Made by a program: the position numbers and the translations under genes
Part shown: positions 57,523 through 64,000 of the stretch, piece by piece
Layout: each line of letters opens with the position of its first letter
Numbering within the stretch: position 1 is the first letter of the stretch
Assembly (NCBI RefSeq): GCF_009914755.1
Contig: NC_060943.1
Strand: one strand, 5' to 3'
DNA: 64,000 nucleotides
DNA from: the human T2T-CHM13v2.0 reference genome, Homo sapiens
Notes under the pieces: model-generated
Told to the model about the DNA's origin: nothing
Databases searched by the model: none
What the model saw: the letters and a program-made list of their open reading frames with translations, nothing else

Positions 57523-58140
57523 GACACAGAGTCTCACTCTGTCACCCAGGCTGTAGTGCCATGGAGCGATCTCGGCTCGCTGCAACCTCTGCCTCCTAGA
57601 TTCAAGCGATTCTCCTGCCTTAGCCTTCCAAGTAGCTGAGACTACGGGCACATGCCACCACACTCGGCTAATTTTTTGTATTTTTAGTAGAGATAGGGCT
57701 TTGCCATGTTGGCCAGGCTGGTCTTGAACTCCTGACCTCAGGTGATCCGCCTGCCTCGGCCTCCCAAAGTGCTGAGACCAGAATGAAGATATTAATCAAG
57801 ATGGTAGGACTTAATTAATAATTAGAGATAGGAAAGTGGTGAGGGGCCTAGGGGAGTGGGATGGGAAAAGAGAATGCTTATGAAATATTAGACTCATGCT
57901 AGTCTTTGCATGAGGGGTGGAGTAAGATAAACCCCACGCAGTTAAGAAAGGTGTTCAAATGTTTTTATTTGAGATGGAGTTTTGATTTTGTTGCCCAGGC
58001 TGGGGTGCAGTGGCGTGATCTTGGCTCACTGCCACCTCTACCTCCCGGGTTCAAGCAATTCTCGTGCCTCAGCCTCCTGAGTAGCTGGGATTACAGGCAC
58101 CCACCACCAAGGCCAGCTAATTTTTCTGTATTTTTAGTAG

Positions 58141-58293
<153 letters not shown>

Positions 58294-59001
58294 TGACCAG
58301 GTTGGTCTTGAACTCCTGACCTCAGGTGATCCACCCGCCTCGGCCTCCCATAGTGTTGGGATTACATGTGTGAGCCACCGCGCCCAGCCAGAAAGGTGTT
58401 CAAATTTGAATGTACTGAATTAGAGGCATTGGTGGCTCTCTCTAATGGAGGTATCTGTAGCTGGTGTATTGCAGAGAGACACATCACAGCTGAGATAGAG
58501 GCTCATAGAGTTTTGAGATCAATTGCAAAATGGAAAGTACTGAAAAAGCCCAGGAATTCTGCATAACTAAATATATAGCGATCCTAGAGTCATGCAATCA
58601 GTTCTGAGACAGATAGAAATAGAATATTAAGAGGGTTTTGGAAAGAGGCATCAGAAAAAAATGGCGGAAGGTCAGGATTGTGTTGTCCCGGAAGCCAGTG
58701 AAAAGCTAACTTCCAGAAATCTAGCATTAGGAGACTAGAGGAGAATATAAGTTTCCTGTGCTAGTATTGGAGGCTCTAGAGACTTAGAAAATAGCTAGGA
58801 TGGTTTATCATGGGGCAAGCTGAGGGGCCGGCTAGAGTTCTGCTGCTATGCGGGAGAGTAAGCGAACTTAGCAGGTTTGGCCTCCAGGGGTGGTGGAGCC
58901 TTTCAACCCATGGGTTGGTGAGATGTAGAGATGTGAGGCTGGGTGTCAAAAGAGGTCGGCTAGAAGACTCCAAGCACCCCCATATTTTGTGAAACACTCA
59001 C

Positions 59002-59128
59002 CAGTTCCTTGACAAAACCATTCAAAATATTCTTCCCATGACTTTGGTTTCTTAATAAACTTCATGTTTTTCCAGAAAAAATAACCAGACACCAAAACAT
59101 CTCTGGGATTTCTCATGAGATAAATCAC
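59002..59128 (-). CDS. SULT2A1: SULT2A1 exon 3
   Basis: VIYLMRNPRDVLVSGYFFWKNMKFIKKPKSWEEYFEWFCQGT; 3'-phosphate binding motif; AG and GTGAGT flanks. Confidence 0.97.
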
Positions 59129-60494
59129 CTTAAATGGAAAAACGGGAGAATGAAAAATCAATACAGTCAATCCTCACTCTTTTTGATCTTCACAAAAATG
59201 GAGAAAAAGCCAATTCCTGGATAATGCCTAATAATATCAATGGATTCTTTTAACAAATTACTTACTGCACTCACTAATCAAATTTGACGTGCCTATGAAG
59301 TAGTCACTGCACTAGGAATATATCAATGGAAGAAGGAAGCATCGTTCCTTCCCTCTGGGATATTACAGTCTGCTCACAATGGGAAGAACATGGAAGGTTT
59401 CCAAAGGTGAGTGATGTATATTTGTGTACTATGGTTTAAAGATCATTAACAGGAGAATGAATTCATAAATTAAGCTACATTCATAGATATATAGCAATAT
59501 TATCCATATACAACACCCAAGATCATGGACACATTTCAGAGACATTACTTTGTCCTTTGGGCCAGGCATGGTGGCTCATGCCTGTAATCCTAGCACTTTG
59601 GGAGGCTGAATCACTCGAGGTCAGGAGTTCGAGACCAGCCTGGCCAACATAGTGAAACCCTGTGTCTACTAAAAATACAAAAATTAGCCAGGCATGGTGG
59701 CGCACACCTCTAGTCCTAGCTACTCAGGAGGCTGGAGCAGGAGAATCACTTGAACCTGGGGAGGTGGAGGTTGCAGTGAGCCAAGATCGCACCAATGCAC
59801 TCCAGCCTGGGTGACAGAATGAGACTGTGTCTCAAAATAATAATAATAATAATAATTCACACACCTATAAACACCTTCCAGGAAAGTACAATTCTAGAAG
59901 CAGTCTGAGCCATGCAAGGTCCTGGATATGCCTTGTCCCTCTTGTGATCACCCCTCTGCCCCATGGGAGATGCATGTGGCTGCTGATATCAACACATATT
60001 TACACACAGTAAGACGAGGTGTGTACAGAGCCCAGTCCTGGCCCCGGGGCAGTCAACCTGGATACAGGCATTGATTGATGAACATGCTGCTTCCCATAGG
60101 AACACCTCTGTGTCTTTTCTGTGGCAGGAGGCATTTGTTGAATTCAGATTGGCTAATTATTTTTTAGGGCAACCAAAGGCGGTTATCTAGTATATAATAT
60201 GGCTATACATTCTGATTGCACTTAGAACCTAGTTTTCTAAGATTCTGGGTTAGTGTTTTCACCCTATCCCTGGTTTAAATCTGGCTGGGGTAATCTGTGG
60301 AATGGTCTATATCCTTGAACTCAAGGACAGTTCTGGGAGCAGCCACATAGGTGTCACCTAATACGGAATCTCAGGTCTCAACAACACAGACCTGTTGAAG
60401 GAGAATGCATTTCAGCAAGATCTCCAGATGACTTATAGGCATATCAGTGTTTGAAAGGCACTGATCAAACACGTCTTAACCATTATGCACTGAC

Positions 60495-60703
60495 CTTGGC
60501 CTTGGAACTGAAGAAAGACTTGGGGAATAACTGGATGGGGAGGTGGGAGGAGAATAAACGTGGACTCTCCGTTTCACTGAGTGCTGTATACCCAATCTCA
60601 CTCTCTACCCAGGGTGATCGCTCCCAGATGGGCACAGATTGGATCCACTTGGCATCCCCCTTGGAGTGCATCAGGCAGAGAATCTCAGCCAACCAGTTTG
60701 TTC
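60495..60703 (-). CDS. SULT2A1: SULT2A1 exon 2
   Basis: (G)[69 protein letters not shown], with catalytic His in SSHLP; AG/GT flanks. Confidence 0.97.
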
Positions 60704-60968
60704 CTGGAAAAAGAAGGAAAAAAATATATAAAATGTACCATCTCAGCCGGACATGGTGGCTCACGCCTGTAATCCCAGCACTTTGGGAGGCTGAGGCAAG
60801 TGATCATGAGGTCAGGGGTTCCAGAATAGCCTGGCCAAGATGGTGAAACCCCGTCTCTACTAAAAATACAAAAATTAGCCAGGTATGGTGGCGGGCGCCT
60901 AAAATCCCAGCTACTTGGGAGGCTGAGGCAGAGAATTGCTTGAACCTGGGAGGCGGAGGTTGCGGTGA

Positions 60969-61336
<368 letters not shown>

Positions 61337-63039
61337 TGATCTGCCTGCCTCGGCCTCCCCAAGTGCTGGGATTACAGGCGTGAGCCACTGCGCCTGGCTT
61401 TTTTTTTTTTTTTTAGCGATGAGGTCTCCCTCTGTAGCCCAGGCTAGAGTGCAGTGGTGCAATTATAGCCCACTGCAGCCTTGAACTCGGGCTCAAGTGA
61501 TCCTTGTACTTCGGCCTCCTGCTTCAGCCTCGCAAGTATCTGAGACCTCAGGCATGTGCCATCGCGCTGGGCTAATTTTTTGAAAAAATTTTATTGTAGA
61601 GATCAGGCCTTGCTATGTTGCCCAGGCTGGTCTTGAACGCTTGACCTCAAGCAATCTGCCTATCTTGCCCTCCCAAAGCACTGGGACTGTAGGCGTGAGC
61701 CACTGCAGCCAGCTCTCAACCACTTTTTTTTTTTTTTTTTTTTTTTTTGAGACAGAGTCTTGCTCTGTCAACCAGGCTGGAGTGCAGTGGCATGATCTTG
61801 GCTCACTGCCACCTCCATCTCCTGGGTTCAAGTGATTCTCTTGGTCAGCCTCCCGAGTAGCTGGAACTACAGACGTGCGCCACAGCGCCTGGCTAATTTT
61901 TTATTTTTAGTAGAGACGGGGTTTTGCCATGTTGGCCAGGCTGGTGTCGAACTCCTGACCTCAGGCAATCCACCTGCCTTGACCTCCCAAAGTGCTGGGA
62001 TTATAGGTATGAGCCACCATGCCCAGCCTGTCAACCACTTTTAAGCCTACGGTTTCGTAGTGTTAAGTGTTAAGTATATTCCCAGTGCTGCTCAACCAAT
62101 CTCCAGAGGATTTTTGTGTTGCAAAACCGAAACTCTATGCAGAGCCAGCACCGACTCCCCATTTACCCTTCTCTTCAGCCCCTGGCAGCCGCCAGTGTAC
62201 TTTCTGTTTCTATGGACTTGATGACTCCAGGTACCTTATGTAAGTGGAATCACACACTATTTGTATTTTTGTGACTGGCTTATTTCATTTAGCATAATGT
62301 CCTTGATGTTTATCTCTGTTGTATCATGCATCAGAATTTTCTTCCTTCTCAAGGATGAATAACATTCCATTATAGCTATATACCACATTTTGTTTATTCA
62401 CTCACCTGTCAGTGGATATCTGGGTTGCTTCCATCTTTTGGCTATTTGCTGAAATCCCTCTTATTATGTTCCCATTGCTCTTGGCCTCTCAGGGCCATGC
62501 CACTTCCAATGTCTTCAGCCTCAATCCTCACCGCATCCGCAGTGCTCTTACCGCCCTCCACCCACAGCCCCACTCCCAGAGACATATGATCCTCATCTTT
62601 CAGCCCCTTGAGATTGCCTGGCTCTTTTGTGGTTCCTGGCCATTGCCCTGATGATTCTCCTATCTGAAAATAGCCCTCCCCCCAAGTAATTTCATACTCA
62701 TTCTTTGCATTTCCATTTAAATGCTATTTCTTCTTTCAGGACATCATTGGTCATCCTCAGCCATCCTCCCTCCCACTGCCACCAAACAAACACCTGAATT
62801 TGCCTTGGGATTCACTCCTGTGGATTCTCCTAATACCTTAGATTACCCCTCTGAACACTCATCCTACTGTGTAATTTCCTGACTAAATCCTTTTCTCTGA
62901 TTGTCAATGGTATTAGGCATTCCTCTCTTCCCCTTAAAGCATTGTACACTGTCTGACATAAAGGAAGAACTCCAATCATGCACTGAATGGACAGGAACAC
63001 AACCACAGCCTTTCTCAGTTCACGATTCTGCCTCCTTAC

Positions 63040-63175
63040 CTGATTTGGGGTAAGTCAATATTATTACATCTTCATCCCTTATCACGAACTCATCACGTAC
63101 TTTTCTTAAGGTTTCGGATCTGAAACCCATAGTAGGGAAAGCTATGCCTTCAAACCATAAGAAATCGTCCGACAT
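63040..63175 (-). CDS. SULT2A1: SULT2A1 exon 1 coding part
   Basis: ATG at 63175; [45 protein letters not shown]; donor G|GTAAGG at 63039. Confidence 0.97.
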
Positions 63176-63229
63176 GATGATGACCTCTTCCTGCGTGGTG
63201 TGAGGGTTTCAACTGTAGCCACCGCTGGA

Positions 63230-63450
63230 GGCTGTGGCAGCTACAGGCAGATCAGCTTTTACAGCAAGGATAAAACGATCTTTAACCTTGTCCCAGCATG
63301 TCACATGTTTGTTGTAAAGTTTACTTGCTGATAAAGAGAGGTATAATGTGACCCATACTCAAAAGATTGAAGATGTTGAGCAATCATGAACTTATCTAGA
63401 GACCATTTTAGGGGTCATCTGAGCTTGCGTTCCTGAGAGTGAACTGCAAG
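63230..63450 (-). promoter_or_regulatory. SULT2A1: SULT2A1 proximal promoter
   Basis: NR5A/ERR-like CAAGGTTA (63290-63283, - strand) overlapping a DR1-like AGGTTAaAGATCG; CAAGGATA ~63265; TGATAA 63329-63334; forkhead-like TGTTTGTT 63306-63313; TATA-like TGTAAAAG ~63263-63256. Confidence 0.65.
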
Positions 63451-64000
63451 ATCGAATAACAAACACGAGGACAAATATTTTTTTTGATAATATGGGTGAA
63501 TTTATTTCTTAAGGTTTGAGTGCAAACTTAAAAACAAGAACAAAGCTTTTCATCAAGCATAAACACAAAATCTAAATAATCCTGCAATCGTGCATTTTAA
63601 CAGAAAGTACAAATATGAATACATTATAATTTGTAACTGCATTTAAAAATTAAAATATGTCTCTCCAAATCCAAAAGACCACACAGTCTTTATCTGTTCT
63701 CATCTTGTTACCTTAGAAACATTTGTCATATGCTCTCAGGAAAATATAGGCAAGAATTACTAATCAGTTATTCACGATCAAAGAAACATTATTCTCCCTG
63801 AGACTTTTTGAATCATTTATCTGTATTTCTGAAGTATCACACAATTATACCTCCACTCTAGAGAAAAAAAGAGTAAGTACAAATATTAGCAGTGTATATA
63901 TTGTAGTAAATTTTTAAAGTACAACTTTAGTTGATGGCTGACGTGTATGTAATAATTGTGAACAATTTAAACGGTATAAAAATGTGAGATGAAAATCTTT

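Overview
Human-type, very Alu-rich genomic DNA that I recognise as the chr19q13.3 CRX-TPRX2-SULT2A1 locus. Three spliced genes reconstruct exactly, with canonical GT-AG junctions and matching phases. (1) CRX, + strand: coding exons 11303-11402, 13103-13254, 16180-16827, 299 aa; its non-coding exon 1 and promoter lie upstream of the window. (2) TPRX2, + strand: exons 36172-36196, 37038-37207, 37727-38437, an intact 301-aa K50 PRD-like homeodomain protein with Pro-Gly tetrapeptide repeats. (3) SULT2A1, - strand: six exons from 63175 to 48387, 285 aa. Almost all other ORFs in the track come from Alus or microsatellites. There is no CRISPR array, rRNA or tRNA. I found no wholly new gene system. 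The most interesting signals are non-coding: a diverged element present once downstream of CRX (~25.7 kb) and once downstream of TPRX2 (~40.6 kb) with apparent K50-site turnover; residual intron homology between CRX and TPRX2; a K50/octamer site cluster amplified by a local duplication; a palindromic K50 site plus KLF boxes in the TPRX2 promoter; a near-consensus CTCF site between TPRX2 and SULT2A1; a hierarchical UGCAUG-rich repeat in CRX intron 3; inverted Alus gated by alternative polyadenylation in the CRX 3'UTR; a four-level nested transposon; and two candidate retro-copied mRNA 3' ends. Repeat boundaries and subfamilies were read by eye and are approximate.
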